Of a stretch of 64,000 nucleotides of DNA, positions 26,926 to 36,300 are shown in pieces. The notes below the pieces were generated by a model. The model saw only the letters and a list, made by a program, of their open reading frames with translations, was not told the origin of the DNA and searched no databases. The DNA is from an uncultured Candidatus Saccharibacteria bacterium (GTDB taxonomy: Bacteria > Patescibacteriota > Minisyncoccia > Phycocordibacterales > CAIJYI01): positions 38,341 through 102,340 of the forward strand of contig CAYPFT010000001.1 in the NCBI GenBank assembly GCA_964410165.1. The letters are read 5' to 3'. A program made the translations under genes and the position numbers. The number at the start of each line of letters is the position of its first letter. The first letter of the stretch is position 1.

Positions 26926-28875
26926 ATGCCAGAGGGTCTTCACAACAACATAAATCAAGAAGAAAAATCCCGCATCGAGAAGATACAAGAAAAACTCTAT
27001 TCGCGAACCGCGAAAATAAAACAGAAAGACCGGACGAAGCTTCATCCGAAAAAATTTACCGGCACCGAGGATTGGGAAGGGAGCGAAGATGCTCTGCGCT
27101 TCGGAAAGAAACAAAAACCGGAGCATCTCTCTCCTTACGCGGCGTTTTTTTTCATTTCTCTCACCTTTTTTATCGTGGCCGGCTCTCTTGCCGGGTTTAT
27201 GTTTTTGGACAAAAGGAAGACCATTTCGCCGGATAATGTCGGCATCTCGGTGTTCGGTCCCGTTTCTCTCCCAAGCGGCGGCGTTCTTTCTCTGCAAGTT
27301 ATCATTGAAAACAAAAACAGCGTGCCGCTTGAAGACACTGACCTTTTAATCGAGTTTCCCGAAGGTACGCGCTCTCCCGCGCAATCAGACAAAGAATTTT
27401 TGCGATCCCACAAAGTCCTCGGAGTCATCGCGCCGGGAGAAATTCGGACGGAAACGATTAAAGCGATAATTTTGGGCGAGGAAAAGGACGTAAAAAATGT
27501 TTCCATAGCGATGACGTACCGGTTTGAAGGCTCCGACGCCAAATTCACGAAGGACAAAACATACGCCGTAACGATGTCCGCTCCCGCTTTTTCCATAAAA
27601 ACGGAACTCCTCAAAGAGGTGACCGCGGGACAGGAAATAATGCTCTCCATGGACATCACCTCAGAGTCACCGTCCCTCGTTTCCGGTGCGCTCCTGCAAG
27701 TTGATTATCCGCAGGGCTTTGTTTTTGAAACCGCGGCTCCTGTGCCGTCATTTCAGAATAATGTCTTTGCGCTCGGGAATATGGCGCTTGGTGACAAAAG
27801 ACGAATAGAGATAAAAGGAATTATGAACGGGGAAGACGGGCAAGAAAAAGTGTTTCGTATTTATACCGGCACAGCCAAGAGCGAAACTTCCCCCGCGCTT
27901 GATACCGTTTTCTCGTCCCTTTTTCAAGCACTTGTTGTGAAGAAGCCGTTTCTTGGCATCGGCGTAGTGATAAACGGAAGCGCCGATCCGTCTTTTGTGT
28001 TCAACAAAAGAATGGGGGGAGATGTGTCCGTGTTGTGGACGAACAATCTGCCGGACAAAATCATTGACGGGGAAATTAAAATATCCATCAAGGGTGCCGT
28101 CATAAACCGGAATTCCATACTCGCGAATGACGGCGGGTTTTATAAATCTTCAGACGATACGCTATTGTGGGATGAAAGAACCACGAAGAGTTTGCGGAGT
28201 ATTCCCGCGGGAGGGAAAAGCGGCGTCAGTTTTTCTTTTTTGCTCCTCCCTCTCGCCTCCGGGAGCAACACGGTATTCCGAAATCCGGAGATTGAGATTG
28301 ACATCGGCGTAAAAGGCAAGAGAGTTTCCGAAAATAATGTACCGGAGGAAATCAATTCATTTGTCACAAAAAAATTCAAGGTGGCGACCAATCTGCAATT
28401 CGCCGGACGAAGCGTGTATTACGTCGGGCCGTTTTCAAACACCGGCCCGATGCCGCCGAAGGTTCAAAATGAAACTACGTATACCATCATGTGGGCGATA
28501 CGGAATACTTCCAATCAGGTTTCCGAAGCGGCGGTAAAAGCGGTTCTCCCGCCGTATGTCGAGTGGAAAGGGCTGGTTTCTCCGAATGGGACAAATATAG
28601 AGTATAACCCCGTCAGCCATGAAGTGACATGGAGTATCGGAAAAATCAATGCCGAGGCGGGATATGGCTTTGACGCTCCGGAAGTGTCCTTCCAAATAGC
28701 CCTGACCCCGGGGTTGGCGCAAGCCGGCAAGATACTCCCCCTTATTTCAGAAACGGTATTCACTGGAGTAGACGACTTTGCCGGGGTTCCGATAGAGAAA
28801 ACGATATACTCCTTATCCACCATGCTTTCCACCGACCCGCAGTTTGATCCACAGCACGCGAATGTGGCGCCGTAA
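26926..28875 (+). CDS. Large membrane-anchored surface protein (single TM, then ~550-aa extracytoplasmic beta-rich region), hypothetical
   Basis: Cytoplasmic K/E-rich N-terminus, TM AAFFFISLTFFIVAGSLAGFMFL, long extracellular portion. The extended -10 TGGTATAAT ends 7 nt before ATG 26926. Confidence 0.5.
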   Translation: MPEGLHNNINQEEKSRIEKIQEKLYSRTAKIKQKDRTKLHPKKFTGTEDWEGSEDALRFGKKQKPEHLSPYAAFFFISLTFFIVAGSLAGFMFLDKRKTISPDNVGISVFGPVSLPSGGVLSLQVIIENKNSVPLEDTDLLIEFPEGTRSPAQSDKEFLRSHKVLGVIAPGEIRTETIKAIILGEEKDVKNVSIAMTYRFEGSDAKFTKDKTYAVTMSAPAFSIKTELLKEVTAGQEIMLSMDITSESPSLVSGALLQVDYPQGFVFETAAPVPSFQNNVFALGNMALGDKRRIEIKGIMNGEDGQEKVFRIYTGTAKSETSPALDTVFSSLFQALVVKKPFLGIGVVINGSADPSFVFNKRMGGDVSVLWTNNLPDKIIDGEIKISIKGAVINRNSILANDGGFYKSSDDTLLWDERTTKSLRSIPAGGKSGVSFSFLLLPLASGSNTVFRNPEIEIDIGVKGKRVSENNVPEEINSFVTKKFKVATNLQFAGRSVYYVGPFSNTGPMPPKVQNETTYTIMWAIRNTSNQVSEAAVKAVLPPYVEWKGLVSPNGTNIEYNPVSHEVTWSIGKINAEAGYGFDAPEVSFQIALTPGLAQAGKILPLISETVFTGVDDFAGVPIEKTIYSLSTMLSTDPQFDPQHANVAP

Positions 28876-29001
28876 TGTGTCAATTACGTTATCATTAGGG
28901 AGAAGAGTTTTCCACAACAGTTTGATTGTTGTTGTTTACGATATGCGTAGAGGGGGGGTATAATTAAGAGAACTTAACAACCACGTTAACAACTATTTTT
29001 T

Positions 29002-29523
29002 ATGGCTGAAAAAATAAAAAACCTCGTTCGCATCGCCGTCCTCTCCCTCATCTTTTCCGCCGCCATCGGTTCGGCTCTTGCCAACTGGTCGCCGCCGGCG
29101 GGAACCCCTCCGTTCAACAATATCCCCCCGCCGATTAACGTCGGCGCCGCCACGCAGGAGAAAGCGGGGAATTTGTTTCTTGGTAATTGGCTTATCGCGA
29201 AGAAGGCGCAGGTGGTAAGCCCGACCGTGTCGGGAGATAACCGTCTGGTATTGGCTACCAAGGGGTACGTGGACGATCGAGTCTCCAGTATATCCGGAAT
29301 GATGGGCGGTTTTGGGCAAGCCTATATACGTCCGGATGGTTCATTTGGCGGATGCCGGAACCTTTGGGGCGTGGCTTATTGCTCTGGCGGCACCGTTTCT
29401 TGCGGCGGCGGATATTCACGTCACGGTCTTTTTGCAGATGATACCTTGGCACCAGGGGAGTTTACTTATGCTTGCTCCTCTCTAGAGGACTGCCACACAA
29501 CACTGGTCTTTTGCGTTAAGTGA
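29002..29523 (+). CDS. Secreted hypothetical protein (signal peptide, Pro-rich N-terminus, Gly/Cys-rich C-terminus)
   Basis: MAEKIKNLVRIAVLSLIFSAAIGSALA signal-like N-terminus. A TATAAT -10 lies ~35 nt upstream. Confidence 0.45.
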   Translation: MAEKIKNLVRIAVLSLIFSAAIGSALANWSPPAGTPPFNNIPPPINVGAATQEKAGNLFLGNWLIAKKAQVVSPTVSGDNRLVLATKGYVDDRVSSISGMMGGFGQAYIRPDGSFGGCRNLWGVAYCSGGTVSCGGGYSRHGLFADDTLAPGEFTYACSSLEDCHTTLVFCVK

Positions 29524-29593
29524 TTTCGCGCCACATGGAAACGCGAAACACCGTCGATAGACAAAAAGGGAGAATAAAGAAGAGAAAATACTT

Positions 29594-30694
29594 GTGATTA
29601 TAAGCAGAAGCGAGTATACTTTTTGTATGAGAGCTTCCGTAAAAAAAAATAAAGAAACGATACACATGGACATAAGCACCGGAACCATCGTGAGGGCGGT
29701 TCTGGTGCTTGTCGGTTTTTACTTGCTCTATGTTTTGAGCAACTTACTGCTCGTGCTTCTCACGTCAATCGTCGTAGCGTCGGCGGTCGAGCCTGCTACG
29801 AAATGGTTTATGGGGCGGAAGTTTCCCCGGATGCTCGCGGTCCTCGCGGTATACGTGGTTTTTCTGCTTTTATTCGGAGGGATTTTTTACTTCTTTCTTC
29901 CGCCGCTCTTGAAGGACTTTTCGCATTTCTTTTCTTCTTTGCCGAGTTATTTTGATTTTCTTGAACAGTGGAATCCGTGGAGCGACGTCTTGGATTACCA
30001 GCAAATTCTTACGAATCTTACCTCGAATTTTACCGGCGGAACAAGCACTCTCGGCGCGGCGTCCGATGCCGTCGGCGGAATCGCCCGCACGGTCGGCGGC
30101 GTTTTTCACGGATTGCTGAATTTCATATTGATTATCGTCATCTCGTTTTATCTCGCGGTACAGGAGCGGGGGATTGAGAATTTTTTGAAAATAATCGTTC
30201 CGCAAAAGAACGAAAAGTATGTCATTGATCTGTGGTATCGTTCACAGCATAAAATAGGCCGATGGATGCAGGGGCAGGTAATTCTCGGCGTGATGGTCGG
30301 TATCTTGGTGTACCTCGGACTCGCGATCATGGGGGTACAGCACGCGTTCCTTCTTGCCATCGTTGCGGCGGTTTTTGAGCTCATTCCCGTTTTCGGTCCG
30401 ACGCTTGCCGCAGTGCCGGCGGTGCTTATCGGCTTCACATCAAGCGTTACTTTGGGGCTTATGGTCATCGCGTTTTATATCATCATCCAACAATTTGAAA
30501 ACCACCTCATTTATCCGATCGTGGTACGCAAGGTCGTCGGCGTGCCGCCGATCCTCGTCATTATTGCGCTCTTAATCGGCGTGAACCTCGCGGGCTTCAT
30601 GGGGGTCATACTCTCCGTTCCTCTCGCCGCCGCGATCATGGAGTTTGTCAACGATATTGAGAAGAAAAAGGCGGAAGAAATAAAAGAAATATAA
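29594..30694 (+). CDS. AI-2E family transporter (PerM/UPF0118)
   Basis: Multiple TM helices and the conserved C-terminal region (VILSVPLAAAIMEFVND). The start is uncertain (GTG 29594 or ATG 29666). Confidence 0.75.
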   Translation: MIISRSEYTFCMRASVKKNKETIHMDISTGTIVRAVLVLVGFYLLYVLSNLLLVLLTSIVVASAVEPATKWFMGRKFPRMLAVLAVYVVFLLLFGGIFYFFLPPLLKDFSHFFSSLPSYFDFLEQWNPWSDVLDYQQILTNLTSNFTGGTSTLGAASDAVGGIARTVGGVFHGLLNFILIIVISFYLAVQERGIENFLKIIVPQKNEKYVIDLWYRSQHKIGRWMQGQVILGVMVGILVYLGLAIMGVQHAFLLAIVAAVFELIPVFGPTLAAVPAVLIGFTSSVTLGLMVIAFYIIIQQFENHLIYPIVVRKVVGVPPILVIIALLIGVNLAGFMGVILSVPLAAAIMEFVNDIEKKKAEEIKEI

Positions 30695-30798
30695 CTTTAT
30701 TTTGCTCGTCTACTTGGAGGTTCAACCTCCAAGTAGGAACACTTTCTAGAAAAACAAAAATGCCGCGTGCGAAAATAACAGCTCGCGCAGGACATTAT

Positions 30799-32349
30799 AT
30801 GCCCGAAAAATTCTACATAACCACCTCAATACCCTACGCGAATGCCGCGCCGCATGTGGGGCACGCGTATGAGGCGTTTTTGGCGGACGTTATTGCACGA
30901 TACAAAAGAATGGAAGGATTCGACGTGTTTTTTTTGGCTGGAACGGATGAACACGGGATCAAGATAAGCCGTGCGGCGGAAAGGGGAGGTCTTGGCCCGC
31001 AGGCGTTTGTCGACACAAACGTCAAAGAATTTATCGCGCTGTACGAGTCCCTCGAGATTTCATACGACGAGTTTATTCGAACATCGGACAAAGAAAAGCA
31101 TTGGCCGGGCGCGAACGCTTTGTGGAAAAAACTCTCAGACAATGGAGATATGTACAAATCAAAATACATCGGTCTCTATTGCGTCGGGTGCGAATCATTC
31201 GTCACGGAAAAGGACTTGGTAGGCGGGCTTTGTCCGAACCATAATGCCCCGCCCGACAAGATTGAAGAAGAAAATTGGTTCTTCCGCCTCTCGAAGCATG
31301 CGGGAGCCGTGAAAAATCTGATTGAAAAGGACGAACTCCGCGTTATTCCAGAAACTAGAAAACGCGAGATACTTTCATTGTTCAACGAAGAGATCCCCGA
31401 CATCAGTTTTTCAAGACCGGAAGGCACTATTCCATGGGGGGTGCCGGTCCCGGGAGACCCGACGCAGGTGATGTATGTGTGGTGCGATGCGCTTGCGAAT
31501 TATATCTCCGCACTCGGGTATGGCAGGGAGGATGCCGAGAACCTCACAAAGTATTGGCCGGCGGACTTGCATGTCATCGGAAAGGACATTCTCCGCTTTC
31601 ACGCGCTCTTCTGGCCGGCGATGCTTTTATCCGCAGGACTGCCGCTTCCGCGGGAGATTCTCGTACACGGGTTTATTACCTCGGAAGGAAAAAAAATGTC
31701 AAAGTCGATCGGCAACGTGATTGATCCGAAAGAATATATTGAAAAATACGGAGCGAACGCCTTTCGCGCGTATTTCGCGCGCGAGATTTCTCCATTTGAG
31801 GACGGCGATTTCACGGAAGCGAAGTTTCTGGAGAGTTATAATGCGAATCTCGCCAATGGTCTCGGGAACCTCGTTTCGCGCGTTGCCAAGATGGCGGCGG
31901 AGTATTTTGACGGAAATATCAAGAACTGCATGGAGACATCGGTTCCGCTCAAGCGGAAATTTGAAACGGTTTCCGGCGTGGAAGAGGCAGACGGGTCGCC
32001 GATTTCGCGCGTCATTGCGGGAGAAATTCTGCCGAAATATCGCGAATATATGGACCGGTATGAAATTCACAGAGCGGCCGAAGTTTTATGGGGGCTTATG
32101 AAGCGTCTCGACGGATATGTAACGGACTACGAACCATACCGGCTGATTAAAACCGACACGGATAAAACGGAGGCCGTGTTGTGGAATTTGTTGTACGGGA
32201 TTCAGTATGTGAGCGCCATGCTCTACCCGATCATGCCGGATGCGTCGGATAAAATTCGCGAGATCGTCGGCGCGAAAGTTTCCGAGCAGGGAGAGCCGGA
32301 GTCGTTTTCGGTCAAGCCTGTGGAGAGGGCGCTGTTCCCGCGGCGGTGA
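30799..32349 (+). CDS. metG: Methionyl-tRNA synthetase (short form, no C-terminal tRNA-binding extension)
   Basis: HVGHAY (HIGH-like) and KMSKS motifs; CxxC zinc knuckle (CVGCESF...CPNHN). Start chosen at 30799 within the ORF that begins at 30760. Confidence 0.88.
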   Translation: MPEKFYITTSIPYANAAPHVGHAYEAFLADVIARYKRMEGFDVFFLAGTDEHGIKISRAAERGGLGPQAFVDTNVKEFIALYESLEISYDEFIRTSDKEKHWPGANALWKKLSDNGDMYKSKYIGLYCVGCESFVTEKDLVGGLCPNHNAPPDKIEEENWFFRLSKHAGAVKNLIEKDELRVIPETRKREILSLFNEEIPDISFSRPEGTIPWGVPVPGDPTQVMYVWCDALANYISALGYGREDAENLTKYWPADLHVIGKDILRFHALFWPAMLLSAGLPLPREILVHGFITSEGKKMSKSIGNVIDPKEYIEKYGANAFRAYFAREISPFEDGDFTEAKFLESYNANLANGLGNLVSRVAKMAAEYFDGNIKNCMETSVPLKRKFETVSGVEEADGSPISRVIAGEILPKYREYMDRYEIHRAAEVLWGLMKRLDGYVTDYEPYRLIKTDTDKTEAVLWNLLYGIQYVSAMLYPIMPDASDKIREIVGAKVSEQGEPESFSVKPVERALFPRR

Positions 32350-32367
32350 TTGAGGTATAATAAAAAA

Positions 32368-33285
32368 ATGAAAAAAGTTTTCTCACGGAGTAAAATATTT
32401 TTTGCCGCACTTTCTTTTTTTATTCTCCCGTTTCTTTTTTCTTCGGATGTTAGCTCCGAGCCAATTTTTACCTGTGCTTCCGTGCGCGGTACTTGTATGG
32501 AGGCGAGCAAGTGTGCCGTGCCGCCGAATAGCTTGTTTGGCGGCACTGAATGCGACAAAAGCGGCACCACCATGACTTGTTGTTCAGCCCCTAAATCTGC
32601 GCCAACCACTGCGCCAACGGCACCCACCTGCATTTCGCAGGGAAAGGAATGTCTACTGGAGGCCGCTTGCGAGCCGGGTTCAATTGTGCCGGCCGGGGAT
32701 TGTTTTTCGTACCAAAAATGTTGCACTCCCGGTGTCGTTTCAGGAATCCCCCCACCTCCCACGCCGACAATTACTTGTGTCGGATCATGCGACCCTGGCT
32801 CTTGTCAAAGCGGAACGGTGCCGGCAAGCGGTACTTGTGGCATTGGTGAATCATGCTGCGCTCCCGCCCCTGCATCAGCAACGCTTCCGTCAACAACACC
32901 ACCCCCAACAACCGGCGCTTCTTCGGGGTCAACGGCCGACAGCGGAGGCAGCGGTCTCGTGCCGTGCGGGTATCAGGAGGGGCTAGAAGCCGCTGAAAAC
33001 TGCCAGTTCCAACACTTTTTGATACTTGCCAAAAACGTCATAAATTTCCTCCTCTTTACCATCGCCGTACCGATTGCCGCCATTTCTTTCGCGTGGGCGG
33101 GGTGGCTGTACCTCTCCGCCGCCGGCAATGAGAGCAAGGTGCAGGAAGCACACAGGATATTCGGGTATGTCGTACTCGGCCTCTGCATTGCTCTCGCGGC
33201 ATGGCTTATCGTGAATGCCATCATCGTCGGGCTCGGCCTCTTCCCGAAGTACAATCCTCTCACCGGCGGGACTTTTGGAGGATGA
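32368..33285 (+). CDS. Secreted cysteine-rich repeat protein with a C-terminal VirB2/TrbC-like (T4SS pilin-like) two-helix membrane domain
   Basis: Signal peptide, three Cys-rich repeats each ending in CC.P, Pro/Thr linker. C-terminus FLLFTIAVPIAAISFAWAGWLYLSAAGNESKVQEAHRIFGYVVLGLCIALAAWLIVNAIIVGLG. TATAAT ends 6 nt before the ATG. Confidence 0.5.
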   Translation: MKKVFSRSKIFFAALSFFILPFLFSSDVSSEPIFTCASVRGTCMEASKCAVPPNSLFGGTECDKSGTTMTCCSAPKSAPTTAPTAPTCISQGKECLLEAACEPGSIVPAGDCFSYQKCCTPGVVSGIPPPPTPTITCVGSCDPGSCQSGTVPASGTCGIGESCCAPAPASATLPSTTPPPTTGASSGSTADSGGSGLVPCGYQEGLEAAENCQFQHFLILAKNVINFLLFTIAVPIAAISFAWAGWLYLSAAGNESKVQEAHRIFGYVVLGLCIALAAWLIVNAIIVGLGLFPKYNPLTGGTFGG

Positions 33286-33307
33286 CTCGCAATGCTCGAA
33301 ACTTGAA

Positions 33308-33535
33308 TAGGACTTACGCACTGTTGCGACAGCGTACGGTTTCGGCGAGGAATTTTGGTCGGTTTCTCCGCCTCTTGGCGGTGGAACCGCCAAAATTCAG
33401 CGCTGAAATCGAAGATTTGGCGGAGAGACCGCCAAAAGGGCGCGACCTGATTTTCTTGAGCGAAGCGATTAGAAAATGGAAGTACCCGTGTGGCAGACTC
33501 ACCGACCAAATCTTTCCCCAGTGCGTAAGTCCTAT
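33308..33535 (-). mobile_element. Family-1 MITE, copy C (~228 bp, inverted relative to copies A and B), ending 9 nt before the tatD start
   Basis: taggacttacgcactgttgcgacagcgtacggtttcggcgaggaattttggtcggtttctcc ... gactcaccgaccaaatctttccccagtgcgtaagtcctat. Confidence 0.7.
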
Positions 33536-33543
33536 TGAATATC

Positions 33544-34365
33544 ATGAACCCTCCTCTTTATTTTGACGCTCACTCCCACATAAACGACCCTCGTTTTGAT
33601 ACCGACATCGGCGAAGTCCTTTCTCGCATGAAAGAATCGGGAGTGTGGTCGCTTGTGGTGGGGACGGAAAAAAATCTCTCATCGCGTGCGGTAGAGCTTG
33701 CGAACGAACATGATGGCATTTTCGCCTCCGTCGGACTCCATCCGACGGATGACGCGCATGAGCAATTTGATGAAGCCTTTTACCGGACGCTTGCCGAAGA
33801 TCCGGAAACTGTTGCGATAGGCGAGTGCGGACTGGATTATTTCCGTCTCGGCGAAGAAGAGAGAAAAAAAGAAGAAGCAAAGCAGAAAACCGTGTTTGAA
33901 AAACAGCTTGAGCTTGCCGTTTCACTCGATAAACCGCTGATGATCCATTGCCGCAACGCCCATCAAGACATGCTCGGTATCCTCGGCTCAAAGAAGAAAG
34001 AACACGGCGAAAAACTCCGCGGAAACATCCACTTTTTTTCGGAAGGTCCGGAAACCGCAAAAAAGTATTTTGACCTTGATTTCACGATCTCATTCACGGG
34101 TGTTATCACCTTCGCGAGAGAGTATGATGAAACCATCCGCTACGCTCCACTTGACCTCATCCTCTCCGAAACCGATTGCCCGTATGTTGCCCCGGCTCCG
34201 TATCGCGGCAAACGCAATGAACCCGCTTATGTTGTTGAGGTGGTCAAAAAGATTACTGAGATCCGCGGCGAAGATTTCGAAACCGTCCGCGAGCAGTTGG
34301 TCAAAAATGCCCTGCGGGTGTTCGGGATTCGCGAAACAAAATTTGACAAGAATACTAGTATGTGA
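33544..34365 (+). CDS. tatD: TatD-family metal-dependent hydrolase (DNase)
   Basis: FDAHSHIN...GLHP...GECGLDY...HCR...FSG TatD motifs. Confidence 0.85.
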   Translation: MNPPLYFDAHSHINDPRFDTDIGEVLSRMKESGVWSLVVGTEKNLSSRAVELANEHDGIFASVGLHPTDDAHEQFDEAFYRTLAEDPETVAIGECGLDYFRLGEEERKKEEAKQKTVFEKQLELAVSLDKPLMIHCRNAHQDMLGILGSKKKEHGEKLRGNIHFFSEGPETAKKYFDLDFTISFTGVITFAREYDETIRYAPLDLILSETDCPYVAPAPYRGKRNEPAYVVEVVKKITEIRGEDFETVREQLVKNALRVFGIRETKFDKNTSM

Positions 34366-34400
34366 TAAGCTGAAAACCGGATAAGGATGCTTGAAAACAC
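34343..34400 (+). promoter_or_regulatory. Promoter-leader module 1 (TTGACA-N17-TAAGCT plus conserved leader gaaaaccggataaggatgcttgaaaaca)
   Basis: Near-identical module at 35302-35360. Overlaps the tatD 3' end. Confidence 0.5.
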
Positions 34401-34544
34401 CGCATATCAGCCGCGATTTTGGGACGACAACCACCTTTTTTGCCGTTTTCTTTTTGTTTTCTTCCCAAAACCGGGGCTGATTAGCTTTGCGGAAACCATA
34501 TTTGGTACCTCTTATGAGAGTATCCCAACTACAGGAGAGTTATA

Positions 34545-35075
34545 ATGAAAACAGACACAACCTTAAAAATTGACGAAGAGAAATTTCGGGAAGTATGCGG
34601 ATTAAAATCGTCGCTTAAAGAAACTTTTGCGCAAATGATTGCGGCAGGCACCATGATAGTCCACCCTGGTGTCAAAGTAAACCGCAACCGTAGTCCAGAA
34701 GAAGCAATCGGCGCTACGGGTCGGAAACAACACGTCCTCTCCGACAGTGCACTCGCAACCATGCCGCGAGGACAAGGCGAAGTCGTTGACCTCTACTATA
34801 TGAAGAGGGAGGGCTTTACGAGCGATAACAAATGGGAACAATATCTCAAAGAGCTCAGGCTCGCTCCCGACCCGTACGCCCAAGCCGCAGATAACGAAGC
34901 CAACCCATGTTTTGCCGATGAGCACCCTAACGGCACTCATTGGAAAAACAGCGAAGGCGAGTGGTATCTTGTCTCCTTCAACCGTTGGCACGGTGAGCGC
35001 GGTGTGCTTGTTCGCCGGAGCGATCTCGACTGGCTTGACGACTTGTGGTTCGGCGGGCGTGAGTTAGATCTTTAA
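34545..35075 (+). CDS. Hypothetical protein
   Basis: 176-aa ORF with AGGAGAG RBS. Followed by a strong terminator. Confidence 0.45.
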   Translation: MKTDTTLKIDEEKFREVCGLKSSLKETFAQMIAAGTMIVHPGVKVNRNRSPEEAIGATGRKQHVLSDSALATMPRGQGEVVDLYYMKREGFTSDNKWEQYLKELRLAPDPYAQAADNEANPCFADEHPNGTHWKNSEGEWYLVSFNRWHGERGVLVRRSDLDWLDDLWFGGRELDL

Positions 35076-35111
35076 TGTTTGCTGCTTTAGTCTTTTTTGT
35101 CTTCTGATCTT

Positions 35112-35147
35112 AGTCCTATCCCGATACATCGGGATAGGACTTTTTTT
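35112..35147 (+). terminator. Rho-independent terminator
   Basis: agtcctatcccgat-aca-tcgggataggact followed by ttttttt. Confidence 0.7.
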
Positions 35148-35301
35148 GTGTACACTGAGGAGGTAACCGGTCGCGGGTTTGCAACCCAGACCGTAATGTT
35201 TGAAATTACATTCTGCGGTAAATTTAAACATTCCGACTGGGTTACCAACCTCGTCGGGCGACGACACGGGTAAGTGGTGCGAGTACGGGCGAGCAGAAAT
35301 T

Positions 35302-35360
35302 TTGACAAACATGCCGCTATGTGCTAAGTTAAAAACCGGATAAGGACTCTTAAAACAGCA
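35302..35360 (+). promoter_or_regulatory. Promoter-leader module 2 (TTGACA-N17-TAAGTT plus conserved leader aaaaaccggataaggactcttaaaaca)
   Basis: Paralogous to 34343-34400. Confidence 0.5.
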
Positions 35361-35397
35361 TGATTTTTTAGCCCTCTTCTCAGAGGGTGAGGAGTAA

Positions 35398-36000
35398 GTG
35401 ATGAAACAAAAATTGAAGATTGCGGAACTTCACAACGATTACTACGTCCAAAGGCATGGTGAAAGCACTGCGAATATACGTCGGATTATCGTGTCTGACC
35501 CACAACGTGGAAAACGGAAAGAATTTGGACTGACGACATTTGGAAAATCCCATGCAAGAGGTATCGCAGGGGAAAATGAATGCGCCCTCGGACCGGACAC
35601 CGTAATAATAACCTCCCCTTTCTCTCGTGCCAAGGATACCGCCAAAATAACGGCGGATGTCCTCGGCGTACAAAAGATAATCGTGTCGTGGCGGTTGAAG
35701 GAAAGATACTTCGGGTGTTATGAAGGGACAACCAACGCCAATTATCAAAAAGTATGGGACGATGATAAAAAAAATCCAAACCACAGAAATCATGGAGGAG
35801 AATCAGTGAATGATGTTTTGAGGCGAGTGCGGGTTCTTATCACCAAGCTCGAGAATAATTACACGGGCAAAAAAATTTTGTTCGTAACCCATGGAGACAC
35901 CGGGCAGATTACGACGTGTTTTTTCCAACACATCGCCCCCCGTCATCACCGAAAATTGGAGCATCTTAAAACAGGAGAAATACGAAAACTTTCTCGGTGA
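35398..36000 (+). CDS. Histidine phosphatase family protein (phosphoglycerate-mutase-like)
   Basis: RHGESTAN catalytic motif near the N-terminus, and a C-terminal H (VTHGD). Confidence 0.7.
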   Translation: MMKQKLKIAELHNDYYVQRHGESTANIRRIIVSDPQRGKRKEFGLTTFGKSHARGIAGENECALGPDTVIITSPFSRAKDTAKITADVLGVQKIIVSWRLKERYFGCYEGTTNANYQKVWDDDKKNPNHRNHGGESVNDVLRRVRVLITKLENNYTGKKILFVTHGDTGQITTCFFQHIAPRHHRKLEHLKTGEIRKLSR

Positions 36001-36300
36001 ACATGATAGAGTGCGAACGGCGTCCGGCAAGGATGCCGTTTTTTGTACAAAAATTTGACTTCATTCGTCCTTTTTGTTAGGATACTCCGTACGGCTCGAC
36101 TTAGTGAGCTTTTGTTAAATACGTATAATTCCACCACAACAGTATTTTAGCCACTCGCACGAGACGGGGATTTTCGATGAATTGCACTTTTGTTTTACGA
36201 GGAGTTCGCGGGGTTGTATAGCAATACTACCCCGCAACCCCGCAGAAAAACAAAATTGCAAGGCGCGAAAATAACGGCTCGGGCAGTCTCTGTAAAATAT

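Noticed and set aside
30760-30798. A metG start at 30760
   Set aside because: No RBS precedes it, whereas AGGA precedes ATG 30799. The extra 13 residues (MPRAKITARAGHY) are not part of the conserved MetRS N-terminus.
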